Origin: Verrucomicrobiia bacterium
Lineage (GTDB): Bacteria > Verrucomicrobiota > Verrucomicrobiia > Limisphaerales > UBA1319
NCBI GenBank assembly: GCA_963664225.1
Contig: OY760937.1
Location: forward strand, 1,120,001 to 1,184,000
Direction of reading: 5' to 3'
DNA: 64,000 nt
Shown: piece by piece, positions 18,648-29,155 of the stretch
How positions within the stretch are numbered: position 1 is the first letter of the stretch
Layout: each line of letters starts with the position of its first letter
Made by a program: the position numbers and the translations under genes
Notes under the pieces: model-generated
Seen by the model: only the letters and a program-made list of their open reading frames with translations
Databases searched by the model: none
Told to the model about the DNA's origin: nothing

Positions 18648-20750
18648 TCAAGGGGCCAGTGTTTTGAGCAGGAAGGAGTATTCGAGCGCTTTCATGAATG
18701 CCGATTGTTTATTGTCGGCCGCACCGCCGTGCCCGCCTTCGATGTTTTCGTAATAGAGGATGTCGTGACCTTGCTCCTTCATCCGGGCAACCATTTTACG
18801 GGCGTGCGCGGGATGAACGCGGTCGTCGCGGGTGGAGGTGCGGAAGAACACGCGGGGGTATTTTTGGTCTTTGAAGACGTTTTGATAAGGGGAGTATTTG
18901 CGAATGTATTCCCAATCGGCGGTATCGGGATTGCCGTATTCATCCATCCAACTGGCCCCTGCCAGGAGTTTGTTGAATCGGCGCATATCCAGCAGCGGGA
19001 CCTGGCAGACGACCGCACCGAAGAGGTCAGGGCGTTCAGTGAGCATGACGCCCATGAGGAGTCCGCCGTTGGAGCCGCCCATGATTCCAAGATGTTTGGG
19101 CGAGGTGACCTTGCGTGATGCCAGGTCCTCGGCGATTGCGATGAAATCGTCATAGGCGCGCTGGCGATTTTGTTTGCGGGCGGCTTCGTGCCAGTTGGGG
19201 CCGAACTCGCCACCACCGCGGATGTTGGCAAGCACGTAAACGTTTCCACGCTCCAGCCATGCGGCGCCGGTTTCGGCATAGTACCCTGGGCGCATGGAGA
19301 TTTCGAATCCGCCATAGCCATAGAGGAGAGTCGGGTTTTTACCGTCCAGCGCCATGCCTTTGCGGCTGACCTGAAAGTAAGGGACCTTTGTGCCGTCCTT
19401 GGAAGTGGCTTCAAATTGGCGCACTTCCAGACCCTCGCTTTTGAAATAAGCGGGCAGGCTCTTGAGTTTATCCCGGTCAGGGCGTCCAATGGTCCCCAGC
19501 GAAAGTGTGGTGGGATTCAGAAACTCGGTGATGGTCATGAAATAGTCGTCCGATTCATCGGCATCAATTCCATAAGCACTCACACTGCCAAGGTCGGGAG
19601 CTGGCAAGGGAGTCCTGGTCCATTTGCCGTCTTTGTGCTGCCAGATGAAGAGCTTGTTGCGGACGTTTTCGAGCTCGTTGACGATGAGATAATTCTTTGT
19701 GGCGCTGGTTGCTTCGAGGGATTTGCGAGCCGTCGGTTCGAACAGGGGAAAGAAGGCGCGATCGCCTTTGAGGTAGGCTTCAAGATTCGCGGCCAGGAAT
19801 GATCCAGCGGGGTAGGTTTTGCCATTCAGGGTCCAATCCAGACGCAGGCGCAGGAGGATTTGATTCTCAAAAGTGGAGATTTCCACGTCGTCCGGCTTTT
19901 CGATTTTAACCCAGGAATCACCACGCCGGATGAAAGTCTCATTGCTGAAGAACGTGACGCCACGGCCAATGAATTCGTAGGTGTGCCCGTGATCATGAGC
20001 CACGCTGGCGCTCACGGCAACGTCGGTGGTTTTGCCTTCAAAGAGGGTTCGGGCCTGCGCCAGCGGGGTGCCGCGTCTCCATTCCTTGACGATGCGCGGG
20101 TATCCTGAATCAGTGAGCGAACCGGGACCGAAATCGGTGCCGACGTAAAGGGTGTCGCGGTCTCGCCAGGCAACGTCGCTCTTGGCTTCGGGCAGGAAAA
20201 ATCCGTTGGTGATGAAGCTCCTTGTTTTGAGATCGAACTCGCGGGTGACCGTGGCATCCGCACCACCGCGCGAGAGTAAAACGAGGCAGCGTTCATAATC
20301 CGGGTAGAGGGCATGAAACCCTTTCCAGACCCAATTTTCCTTTTCATCGAGGGCTAATTGATCGAGATCGAGCACGTTTTCCCAGGCTGGAGTGGTCTTT
20401 TTATATTCAGCAAGCGTGGTTCGTCGCCAGAGGCCTTTAATGTTTTTTTCGTCCCGCCAGAAGTTGTAATAGAAGGGTCCTTGTTTGGTGACGTACGGGA
20501 TTTTTTCCTTTGAATCGTAAATGGAAAGGAGGCGTTGACGGATCTTCTCGAATTCCGTCGATGCCTCAAGTTCGCGCGTGCTCAGGGCGTTTTGCTCTTT
20601 GACCCAGGCAAGAGCTTTGTCGCCGGTGACATCCTCAAGCCAGAGATACGAGTCGTCAGATTGCGGCGAAGGCGCCGTTTCGGCCTGTACGATCGAAAGA
20701 ACACTGGCCAGGAGGATAAACAATCCGCTAAAAATTGAGAGCTTGTGCAT
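18648..20750 (-). CDS. Prolyl oligopeptidase (peptidase S9A), exported
   Basis: YLWLED, LYGYGGF, NIRGGGEFG, GGSNGG (Ser), DDRVHP (Asp) and GGHG (His). Signal peptide from MHKLSIF. Confidence 0.95.
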   Translation of the reverse strand: MHKLSIFSGLFILLASVLSIVQAETAPSPQSDDSYLWLEDVTGDKALAWVKEQNALSTRELEASTEFEKIRQRLLSIYDSKEKIPYVTKQGPFYYNFWRDEKNIKGLWRRTTLAEYKKTTPAWENVLDLDQLALDEKENWVWKGFHALYPDYERCLVLLSRGGADATVTREFDLKTRSFITNGFFLPEAKSDVAWRDRDTLYVGTDFGPGSLTDSGYPRIVKEWRRGTPLAQARTLFEGKTTDVAVSASVAHDHGHTYEFIGRGVTFFSNETFIRRGDSWVKIEKPDDVEISTFENQILLRLRLDWTLNGKTYPAGSFLAANLEAYLKGDRAFFPLFEPTARKSLEATSATKNYLIVNELENVRNKLFIWQHKDGKWTRTPLPAPDLGSVSAYGIDADESDDYFMTITEFLNPTTLSLGTIGRPDRDKLKSLPAYFKSEGLEVRQFEATSKDGTKVPYFQVSRKGMALDGKNPTLLYGYGGFEISMRPGYYAETGAAWLERGNVYVLANIRGGGEFGPNWHEAARKQNRQRAYDDFIAIAEDLASRKVTSPKHLGIMGGSNGGLLMGVMLTERPDLFGAVVCQVPLLDMRRFNKLLAGASWMDEYGNPDTADWEYIRKYSPYQNVFKDQKYPRVFFRTSTRDDRVHPAHARKMVARMKEQGHDILYYENIEGGHGGAADNKQSAFMKALEYSFLLKTLAP

Positions 20751-20951
20751 CACGGCCGCTACAAAAAGCCCGGATCGACCCGAGGTCAATTCATTTCTTG
20801 GGTTAAACAGGAAAATGAATTCATGCAAAGTGGGGCGCTGTCATTACTCTTTTCCCGGCATGAGCATCAGTTTTCGATTTAACGCATCAAAAACATTCGC
20901 TGCGAACGATGCGGAATATCCGATCCAGTGCGCTCTTCGCGGTCGCGATCA

Positions 20952-23900
20952 TCAGGGCAGTTGCGGAGTCCGCACCCGGTAATATCGATTGGTTAGAGTG
21001 TCGGGATCGGTGATTTGGATCAGGCGCGTCGGTGGTCCTGAAACCGCAGGAACGTCCACCAGCCGTTGCCAGGAACCAGGCGTTAGCGAATCGCTGAACT
21101 CAATGGTGTAAGATTTCTCTGCCATTGCGGAGAAGGTCAATGTCAGCGAATTCCCCCTGGCTACCTTCAGGCTCAACTCACTGGTTGGATCGAGAGGATT
21201 GGTTCCGGCCAGGTATTCCTGGAGGTTGGTCATGCCATCGTGATCCGGATCGGCTCCCGGTGCCGCCTCGGCGTTGGAGTAGGAGCCAAAGTACAGAATC
21301 TGCCAGGCGTCAGGTAAACCGTCGTTGTTGGCGTCCACCGGGGCGCTGGTATTGGGTTGGCCGGGGGTCGGAACGGCGGTGAACCAATTCGCGGGATCAT
21401 TTCCATAGGCAGACAACGTCTGACGCTGCAGAGAGAAGCCTGTGCCCATGGCGCCCATGGACCAGGGCAATGTGCCAGAATAGCGAACCTCCTCCACCAG
21501 GACATAAGGGACATATCCCGCGTCGGGATGCGGCGCGACTTGCGGAGCATCGGGTCTGTAGAGGGCAACCTTGTCGCTGGAATTCCCCAGGTGACCGGTG
21601 TAAGGCCCGTAAATCGGGACGTCGGCGCTGGCTGGATAGCGGTTGCGGAATGCTTGCAGGGCGAGGGGATCCGCTGGATCGATGTTGACCAGCAGTAAAC
21701 GTCCTCCGGCGGGCAACGAGACATTCTGTTGGAATGTATAGCCCACACCGCCCTTGATCATCCAGGTGTTGGTGGAAGCCGCGGGATCAAAGAGAACCGC
21801 TGTGGCTGTCGAGATGTTTTGCAGCTCGATGAATTCATCGAGCGTGTTGTCCTCGCCATCGGCGAAGGTCGGCGGAAAGAACATGATTTCACTGATGACC
21901 ACCGGGCCGATCAGCGGCGAAGCGTTGGCAGCGCCCGTGCCCGTGCGGAATTGCTCGACTGTCTGGGGATGATCCATCCCGAAGGTGGTGGCGCTCATGG
22001 GAACCAGATCCACTTGGCCGATGCTGTTGGTATGGCGACCGAAGGAGACCCCGTTGGCGCCAGCGCCGAAAGATTTCACGGCGCGATATCCGGTCATTGT
22101 TCCATCCGGCAGCGCTTCGGACAGGCAGACGGAATCCCCATGGGCGGAGTTAAACGTGAACGGAAGGCCCGAGCCATTCGTGGGGCTGAACTGGTATTCA
22201 TAGAAGACAATGTAGCCGTGCGCCGGAATGGAGGTGCCGCTGGGAATCTGATATTTTTTGGGCGACTCCTGAACATTGCTCAGGAACCAACCGCTCAAAT
22301 CCACCGGGGCCGCGCCATCATTGTAGAATTCAACCGCATCTTCCAGCGGCGGATCGGTGTGGGTGAGGACTTCGTTAACCACCACACCATTCAAGGGTAG
22401 GTAGTTGCTCGTGCCGGGTGTTGCGCTGGTGGCAAAGCGGACGACGTTTGTCGATCCATCCGGGAATCGTCCCTCGGAGACGCCGGTCTGTTGAGTGGCG
22501 AACGAGACGGCCGTGATCAATGTTTCCGCGGATGAAAAGAGGCCTATGGTTTCGCCCGTCTTACTCAGTTTTAAGTTAACATGATCCGCGCCTGAATTGA
22601 GGCTGCCATCCGCAAGGAACTGGATGTAGCCATGAATTCCCGAGCCAATAAATGACAACGGCGGAACAGGCGAGAGCGTCTTTTGTGTCAGGTTGTCCGT
22701 GAAGCACATGCGCCCCAGAGCCACTGGCTGGGCGCCGCTGTTAAACAGCTCGAACCAGTCGCTTCCACTCGCGGGATCCGCCATCCACTCGTTAACGATC
22801 AGTCCGGCGGCGGTTCCCAGTCCGGCGGCACTGTTCATGGCGACGGGTGTGGGCACATTAAGCGTCCAGGTGCCTGTGCCATCCGGCACGCGCCCAATGG
22901 AGTAATCCGGGGTCTGCAGGCCAAAGGTAATGGCGTCTATCAGTCCACCGCCGTTGGTCGCGCTGTTGAACAGGAACACGGATGTCCCTTTGGCCGAAAG
23001 GTTGAAGCCCGTATTGTCCGCTGAGGCCGGTTGGTTGCTATCGCAATAAAGAAGCAGGAACCCATTGGCGGGAACGAGCGTATTGGTCGCGAAAACGAAT
23101 TTGCGCGGGATGTTGGGATCATCGCTGAGGCTTAAACCCGCCAGGTTGATTTGGTTGGTCGAGGTGTTGGCCAACTCGATCCAATCGGATGTGCTTCCGT
23201 TGGCATTGGTGATCGACTCATTGCTGGCGAGTATTTCGTTGAGAACCACCGGCACGCCTTCCGTGGTGGTGGTGATGATGTTGGTGGTGTAATGCACCGC
23301 GGATAGTTGCATGCCAAACACGTCGTCGGAACTGCTTCCATTGACCTGGTGAACCTCCACAGCGATGACGTTGTCACCCACTACTGGCTGATTCGTTAAA
23401 ATGAGAAATTCCGGCGCGCCTTCATTAGGCTGATCCCCCGCGGTTGTCGCGTAGGTAACCACATCGGGCATCCGCAACGAGCCTGAGCGAACGCCATTCA
23501 GGTAATACACCGCTCCGTCATCCACAAAGTTGGTTGAGACCAGGACAATATTGTCCAGGCTTCCGTCCCATTGGAAATGAGTGCGATAATACACGGTAAT
23601 ATGACCGTTGGCCTGGGCCGGGGCAGGGATGGTGGTCACGAAGGGATACGGGTACTCCAGCGGAGTTGTCTCGCGGCCAAAGAGTCCCGTGCCGGTTGGC
23701 CAGGTGGAATCTGCGAATGCCGGTTCGCGCCAGGCGGTGCCGCGATCCGTGCCGGAGTTGTCGTAGCGCCAGGTGTTCGTAATGTCGAGCAGCTTGATGA
23801 CCTGCGAGGTGATATTGGTGACTGAAATTGTGCCTCCGTTCGCGACGGCATTGGGGCCGCCGGCGGTTGGCTGCGGGAAGCTCACAATGACATCACTGCC

Positions 23901-26900
23901 GCTGGGGCTGCGGCCCTGGGAGACGTCTGTGGACTGGGCGCCATAAGTGATGGTGTCGATCGGATTTAACAGGGCATCCGAAAGCAGAATGATTCCAACA
24001 TTCGGATTGAGCTTGAAGTTCAGATGATTTGCCCCCTGGGCGGGAGTGGCGTCCGCCACGAAGGACAGGTATCCACCGGCATCGATGTAACTGAATGCGG
24101 CCAGCCGATTGAGGTTTGGAGCGCCCTCGGCATTGGACAGATAGCAGCCTTGGAGGGCCACAGGATTGGTGGCCGTATTGTAAAGCTCCACAAAATCATT
24201 GTTCGCCAGGAACATGGAATCCGCCAGCCATTCGTTGATTTTCAAGTGATGGGGATCGTCCAGTGCCAGCGCAATGTTTTCACCTCCGAATGTGGGACGG
24301 CACAGAACCCAGGTGCCGTCCGCGGCGCGGCCCAGGGAGTGATCCGTTATTTGCTGGCCAAAGGTAATGGTGTCCAGAAGCCCGCCGCCGCGAATGCTTG
24401 AGTCATGGAGGAACAGGCTGTCTCCCGTTTGTTTCAAGGCGTAGCCAAGGTGCAAACCGTCCGTGCTGAACGCGCTGTCACCATACAAAACAAGGTATGC
24501 CCCAGCCGCCAGGGTGGTCCCAGGCGAGAAGGTGAAGGCGTAAGGTTGGAGGGAACTGGTGCTCAGGCCCATTCCCGATAAATCGACCGTGCTGGTCCCG
24601 TAGTTATGGATCTCGACCAGGTCCGGCGTGGTCCCGGCGTGGATCAATGCCGCTGAGTTCTTGGCCAGGATTTCATTGATCCGTATTGCGGGTGTTGTGG
24701 CGGGTGTCCAGGAGCTGTCGACCACCCATGTTCCGGTCGAGGTGATGATGGTCTCTTCACCCAACGCCGGATCATCCTGGTACCAACCGGAATCGCGTTT
24801 GCCAGTCACATCCACGGAATGGGGCCCGTTGGCAAGATTGGCAACCGTGATGGGCGTGGCAATGCCCGTTTCCGCGCTCCAGGCGCCGCCGTCCAGCCGC
24901 CATTTGTAGGCGACATAGCCCGATCCCTGTGGAAATCCCGCCGTGGGGATGCCAGATCCAGTCCGATTTACACCCACAAAGAGTGTGGCCGTGGTGAGGT
25001 TGTTGGTTCCTTTGGGGGCTCCCGAAATGGAGGCGCCAATCGGAATATTTCCACCCATGTCGCGACCATTGGGGCCGGTTCCACGCGCTGGGGAGCCAGG
25101 CAGCAGGCTCAACCAATCCCGCATGATTTGGGCGTCCTGCCAGTTGGTGAAGAAGGTTTCCGACACCTTTGGAATGTATGTCAGCAGGGGAGCGATTACC
25201 TGGTTGTTCGTACCCGGACCGGTCCATGCAAAAGGCAGGATGTTATTATTGAAGGTCACAGTCACCTGCGCCGGATCGTAATTGCGCACCAGTTGCTCGG
25301 CATCCTGAACAATATTTCCCTCAAGGTAATAGCCCTTGCCGAACGTGGTGATTGAAGGAGTGGTGTCGCGGACATTGACCACTCCCGAGTCGAAATCCTG
25401 TCCTCCGGCTTTGGTGGCGTGGATGATGGTGTTGTTGATCAGGGTGAAGTAATTCCCTTCCTTGATGGTGGCGGCGTTGTCGCAGTCGAAGAAGATGTTG
25501 CCGATGGCCGTGATCTCGGATGTATGCCCTGAATCGGCGCCTCCAGATATTGCGCTGGAACTGTCTGGAGAACCATTCCTGTGATTGTGCAGGAAAATGT
25601 TGCCCTCGATCCAGGCATCCGTGCCGTCCAGATCGAGGATGTCGTCACTGGCTCCCGCAAAGACGTTGTTGTAATACTGGATGATGGGCTGGCCCAGATC
25701 GCGATTGCCCCCGGTGAAATCCATGATGTCGTTATAACCCGTGGTCGTGCCAAAGAAACACTCCCGCACGATGCCCCGTCCGCCTGCCTTGACCCCGCCT
25801 GTGCCATGGAGCAATTCAAAGGGAGCCGTCGTGGTCGGAAAGACGCAGTGACTGAGCAGGAACGAGCTGCCATCCAGTGCGACATACTGGTGGGTGGTGG
25901 TTCCAAAAGTGGCGTGATCGAGGTAAATCGTGCCTCCGGCAACCTCGATGCAGGTTGTTCCGTTGCCCTCGAAGTGGACATAAGCCAGACGGGTCTCCGG
26001 TGAACCCACCGCGCCATCGATTGTCATGCCGCCCCAACTCACGCCAGTCCCGGGAGTCGTGGTGAAGAGGATGGGCTGCGTGTCCGTCCCTTCGGCTACG
26101 ATGCGACCGCCGTTGGCAACGACGATGTTCACACCGGAACCGAGATAAACCGTCGTGCCCGGTTCGATGGTGAGCGTGCTGCCGCTGTTCACGGTAAGGC
26201 TCGAGGTAATATTATAAGGCCCGCCTGCTGCGGTCCAGGTGGTGTTGGCGGCAATCGCGCCTCCCTCGGTTTGAACCGAGCCATCGTCATACCAGATGTC
26301 CGAATAGGTCCGGGCGCGTTCAATGCCATTCGCGTCGAGCGATTGAACCAGGACGTGGTTGATGCCCGGGGTCAGCGGCACATTGCTGATGGACCAGGTT
26401 CCCTCCCAAGCCACCCAGGCGGCGGCGATTCCATTGACCTTTACGCTGCGGGTGTCAATCGCGTTGGCGGCGCCCGTCAGCGAAACACTCCCAGTGGTTG
26501 TGTGGGGATAACCGCTCTGAACCGCCAGTGCATTTGAAACGGATAAGGAAAGGGGGATTTGAGAGAGCACCCAATTGACCTGCGCGGCGTTATACGCCTT
26601 CATGTTGTCGATTTTGTCCTGGGGCACCCACGAATTGAATAGTCGATCCAGCAGCGAATTCATCTGGTCAGGCCTGAACGCTGTATCCGCCAGTGTTTTA
26701 AGCCAGCGATAATAGATCGGGGCGAACTCGGGTGTCTTCATGAACTTGTTCATGACACTCAGGGCGTTCATCCGGAAAATGCTGTGCCTGGGCGGAATGG
26801 GTGTCAGACCTCGTCCCATCATGGTGTCCATGTCATAGGGTGTGGCTAGAAATCGCGTATCCGCCGCGCCGCGGTAAAGCGCGTAATCATCACCCACGCC

Positions 26901-28676
26901 GTTCGCCAGACAGGTCTCACCGTTATCCAGCAGCGTGTCGATGGCCATGTATTTCATCCATTCGTCCACGTTGATGCGTTTTTCCATGTCCGCCACGTAA
27001 TTCGATGGGGAATGGCCATTAACGCTATTGAGCACGGCAATCAGATCGATCAGATCGGACCAATCATTCTGAAGGGTGTTGTTCTGCTTGAAATAGGTGT
27101 TGGTGTAAACCTCCTGGGCAAAGTCAGCCCCGTGCCAGGTGAGATCCGCAACGTTGTTGGCATACTGGGGATCGCTCAACGCGGCCTGACGGATGCCGCG
27201 ATAGGAATTGCCATTGGGGTCCAGAGGAAACGCGCGCTGGATAAAATCCTTGTTGTATTGTTCGTTGGCGGCGTAAGCGCCGTAGGAATTGTTATCGGGC
27301 AACCCGGAAAGACTCATGAGATTGGTCCCGTTGATGCGAACCTGAACCGCGCGCGATTCTGCCATCGGGATATCGAGACTCCGATAAACCGTGCTGCCCA
27401 GCACCTGGCTGTAACTGTATTGTGAATTAAGATTGATGCCCGTCAGACCTTTCCAGGAACGATCGCCCGGGATGTTGACATGGTAATTATTCGGATTGGA
27501 CAAACGCGTGCCATGCCCGCGATTGCGCACGCCGCAATTGTAGCGGAGCTGGAGCGTGGTGCCGCCAGTCATCACATTGTCAGAAGTAATCCAGGTCGCA
27601 TTCATCTGCGCATCGCTGTCGCCATCGGGAAAATTCCGGCCCATTTGATAAAGTTCAGCGCGTTCGTCTTCCCGCATGATCACGCGGTACACCGGCTGCG
27701 CGCCTGTGTATGAGCTGTTGTCAACTTGATAGAGCAGGTTGGCCGTGCGTGAGGAGGCGGTGGTCAGGCTATACACCGGGTAGGTGCGCGTGTTGTTCTC
27801 CTTGTCCGTTGCCTGGAGGAAAAACTCGATCACGGTCCCGTTGGCCTCTGGCGCCATAAAAGCGCCATAAATGCCGTCGCCCGCCAATCCATCCCCATGT
27901 GTCCCATCATCATACATCGCGACGGCGGTAAAAGACACGGTTCCATCCGTCCGCCAATGAAGCGTGACGGTCACGCCATCGGCGTGTTCGTCTACTATCC
28001 GCGCGCTGATCGCCACGGTATCGGTGGAATTTGGAATCGCTGGTAAATGTTGAACCTCGGTAATAATCGGCGCTGCATTTGTGCGCGCGATGGAATTGGC
28101 GCGCCCCGGTGTGCCGCCAATCTCGGAACTGCTGCCCCAGTTTAGCGCGAAGGTGTTCGGCAGCAGGGGATTGACCAGCTCGAGCGAACTGCCCTGTCCG
28201 TCATGCGGGGTGTTCCATTCCCAGCCGTAGTGTCCGTAAGTGGCAAATCCATTGGTTGTCAACACGCGCGAGGACCAGTCGCCATCATTGTAATACTGCA
28301 CCTCGCTAATCACTTGGCCCAGAACGTCTGCGAGTTGCAGATGGCTACCCATGGGGGGCGTCCATCCCGAGAGGAAATTGGTCACGCCGGGATGCTTCGC
28401 CGCAAATACGGCTCCATCCGCCGCCACCACCAGATATCCCCCGGGGCTGAGAATCGTATTCGCAGGCATGACAAAATGCACTCCTTTAGTGAACTGCCAT
28501 CCGGACAAATTCGCCGCCACTGTCCCCGGATTATACAACTCGACATAACTTTCGAGCAGGTTCTCCGAGGAGGGGTGATACATGATCTCGTTTATGACCA
28601 CGTTCTGTGCGCGGGCGATCATCGCGGATCCCACCAGGAAACCGAGACACGTTAATATTCTTAACAGTTTCTTCAT
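20952..28676 (-). CDS. Giant secreted protein: 7 lamin-tail domains, CotH-kinase-like domain, beta-helix, Ca-binding repeats and C-terminal YYRV domain
   Basis: Signal peptide; seven (V/I)(I/V/L)(N/S)E LTD starts; YDDGTHGDGLAGDGIY; GVRNRG...PYDMD (CotH-like); DDILDLDG..IEGN (beta-helix); DANNDGLPD..DPDHDGMTNLQEYLAGTNP. Confidence 0.88.
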   Translation of the reverse strand: MKKLLRILTCLGFLVGSAMIARAQNVVINEIMYHPSSENLLESYVELYNPGTVAANLSGWQFTKGVHFVMPANTILSPGGYLVVAADGAVFAAKHPGVTNFLSGWTPPMGSHLQLADVLGQVISEVQYYNDGDWSSRVLTTNGFATYGHYGWEWNTPHDGQGSSLELVNPLLPNTFALNWGSSSEIGGTPGRANSIARTNAAPIITEVQHLPAIPNSTDTVAISARIVDEHADGVTVTLHWRTDGTVSFTAVAMYDDGTHGDGLAGDGIYGAFMAPEANGTVIEFFLQATDKENNTRTYPVYSLTTASSRTANLLYQVDNSSYTGAQPVYRVIMREDERAELYQMGRNFPDGDSDAQMNATWITSDNVMTGGTTLQLRYNCGVRNRGHGTRLSNPNNYHVNIPGDRSWKGLTGINLNSQYSYSQVLGSTVYRSLDIPMAESRAVQVRINGTNLMSLSGLPDNNSYGAYAANEQYNKDFIQRAFPLDPNGNSYRGIRQAALSDPQYANNVADLTWHGADFAQEVYTNTYFKQNNTLQNDWSDLIDLIAVLNSVNGHSPSNYVADMEKRINVDEWMKYMAIDTLLDNGETCLANGVGDDYALYRGAADTRFLATPYDMDTMMGRGLTPIPPRHSIFRMNALSVMNKFMKTPEFAPIYYRWLKTLADTAFRPDQMNSLLDRLFNSWVPQDKIDNMKAYNAAQVNWVLSQIPLSLSVSNALAVQSGYPHTTTGSVSLTGAANAIDTRSVKVNGIAAAWVAWEGTWSISNVPLTPGINHVLVQSLDANGIERARTYSDIWYDDGSVQTEGGAIAANTTWTAAGGPYNITSSLTVNSGSTLTIEPGTTVYLGSGVNIVVANGGRIVAEGTDTQPILFTTTPGTGVSWGGMTIDGAVGSPETRLAYVHFEGNGTTCIEVAGGTIYLDHATFGTTTHQYVALDGSSFLLSHCVFPTTTAPFELLHGTGGVKAGGRGIVRECFFGTTTGYNDIMDFTGGNRDLGQPIIQYYNNVFAGASDDILDLDGTDAWIEGNIFLHNHRNGSPDSSSAISGGADSGHTSEITAIGNIFFDCDNAATIKEGNYFTLINNTIIHATKAGGQDFDSGVVNVRDTTPSITTFGKGYYLEGNIVQDAEQLVRNYDPAQVTVTFNNNILPFAWTGPGTNNQVIAPLLTYIPKVSETFFTNWQDAQIMRDWLSLLPGSPARGTGPNGRDMGGNIPIGASISGAPKGTNNLTTATLFVGVNRTGSGIPTAGFPQGSGYVAYKWRLDGGAWSAETGIATPITVANLANGPHSVDVTGKRDSGWYQDDPALGEETIITSTGTWVVDSSWTPATTPAIRINEILAKNSAALIHAGTTPDLVEIHNYGTSTVDLSGMGLSTSSLQPYAFTFSPGTTLAAGAYLVLYGDSAFSTDGLHLGYALKQTGDSLFLHDSSIRGGGLLDTITFGQQITDHSLGRAADGTWVLCRPTFGGENIALALDDPHHLKINEWLADSMFLANNDFVELYNTATNPVALQGCYLSNAEGAPNLNRLAAFSYIDAGGYLSFVADATPAQGANHLNFKLNPNVGIILLSDALLNPIDTITYGAQSTDVSQGRSPSGSDVIVSFPQPTAGGPNAVANGGTISVTNITSQVIKLLDITNTWRYDNSGTDRGTAWREPAFADSTWPTGTGLFGRETTPLEYPYPFVTTIPAPAQANGHITVYYRTHFQWDGSLDNIVLVSTNFVDDGAVYYLNGVRSGSLRMPDVVTYATTAGDQPNEGAPEFLILTNQPVVGDNVIAVEVHQVNGSSSDDVFGMQLSAVHYTTNIITTTTEGVPVVLNEILASNESITNANGSTSDWIELANTSTNQINLAGLSLSDDPNIPRKFVFATNTLVPANGFLLLYCDSNQPASADNTGFNLSAKGTSVFLFNSATNGGGLIDAITFGLQTPDYSIGRVPDGTGTWTLNVPTPVAMNSAAGLGTAAGLIVNEWMADPASGSDWFELFNSGAQPVALGRMCFTDNLTQKTLSPVPPLSFIGSGIHGYIQFLADGSLNSGADHVNLKLSKTGETIGLFSSAETLITAVSFATQQTGVSEGRFPDGSTNVVRFATSATPGTSNYLPLNGVVVNEVLTHTDPPLEDAVEFYNDGAAPVDLSGWFLSNVQESPKKYQIPSGTSIPAHGYIVFYEYQFSPTNGSGLPFTFNSAHGDSVCLSEALPDGTMTGYRAVKSFGAGANGVSFGRHTNSIGQVDLVPMSATTFGMDHPQTVEQFRTGTGAANASPLIGPVVISEIMFFPPTFADGEDNTLDEFIELQNISTATAVLFDPAASTNTWMIKGGVGYTFQQNVSLPAGGRLLLVNIDPADPLALQAFRNRYPASADVPIYGPYTGHLGNSSDKVALYRPDAPQVAPHPDAGYVPYVLVEEVRYSGTLPWSMGAMGTGFSLQRQTLSAYGNDPANWFTAVPTPGQPNTSAPVDANNDGLPDAWQILYFGSYSNAEAAPGADPDHDGMTNLQEYLAGTNPLDPTSELSLKVARGNSLTLTFSAMAEKSYTIEFSDSLTPGSWQRLVDVPAVSGPPTRLIQITDPDTLTNRYYRVRTPQLP

Positions 28677-28737
28677 TTAAGGATTTTCAGTTTCAGACGA
28701 TGCCCGGACGGGGCGCAGACCTGATTGGTCACCATGT

Positions 28738-28753
28738 AGCAAATATCATGCCG
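28738..28753 (-). promoter_or_regulatory. Candidate sigma54 (-24/-12) promoter for the giant LTD/CotH gene
   Basis: Minus strand CGGCATGATATTTGCT has GG-N10-GC with TTGC, about 60 nt upstream of ATG 28676. Confidence 0.6.
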
Positions 28754-29155
28754 ATTTATCATTCAAAAGATTGCCAAGATGCACCATATATTAGAACGGA
28801 TTATCTTAATTACAAGGGACATTCAAAACGCAACGCCTGACTTGGTGGCCTGCAAATTTGAATGACAGTGTCAATTCATAAGGACAGACGGCCTTCCGTG
28901 AAGCTCGCCCGTAAAAATCCGTTGTCTGCCGGCATGGGCCTTCTTCAACGGCCAATCCTAGGCAACTCACCTTAACAGAACCTTACAGAAACACTCGAAA
29001 ACAGGAAAATAAAGCAAAACCGGGCTCCTCCACCGCCATTACGCCCTCTCGAGTTTCGTGTTGTATCAGGATGACGATGCCCGCCACCGTCAAAGCGACA
29101 AAACTTACAAGTCTCCCGATTCGCATCACGAGCCTTTCTCGCCAATCCGACGCTG

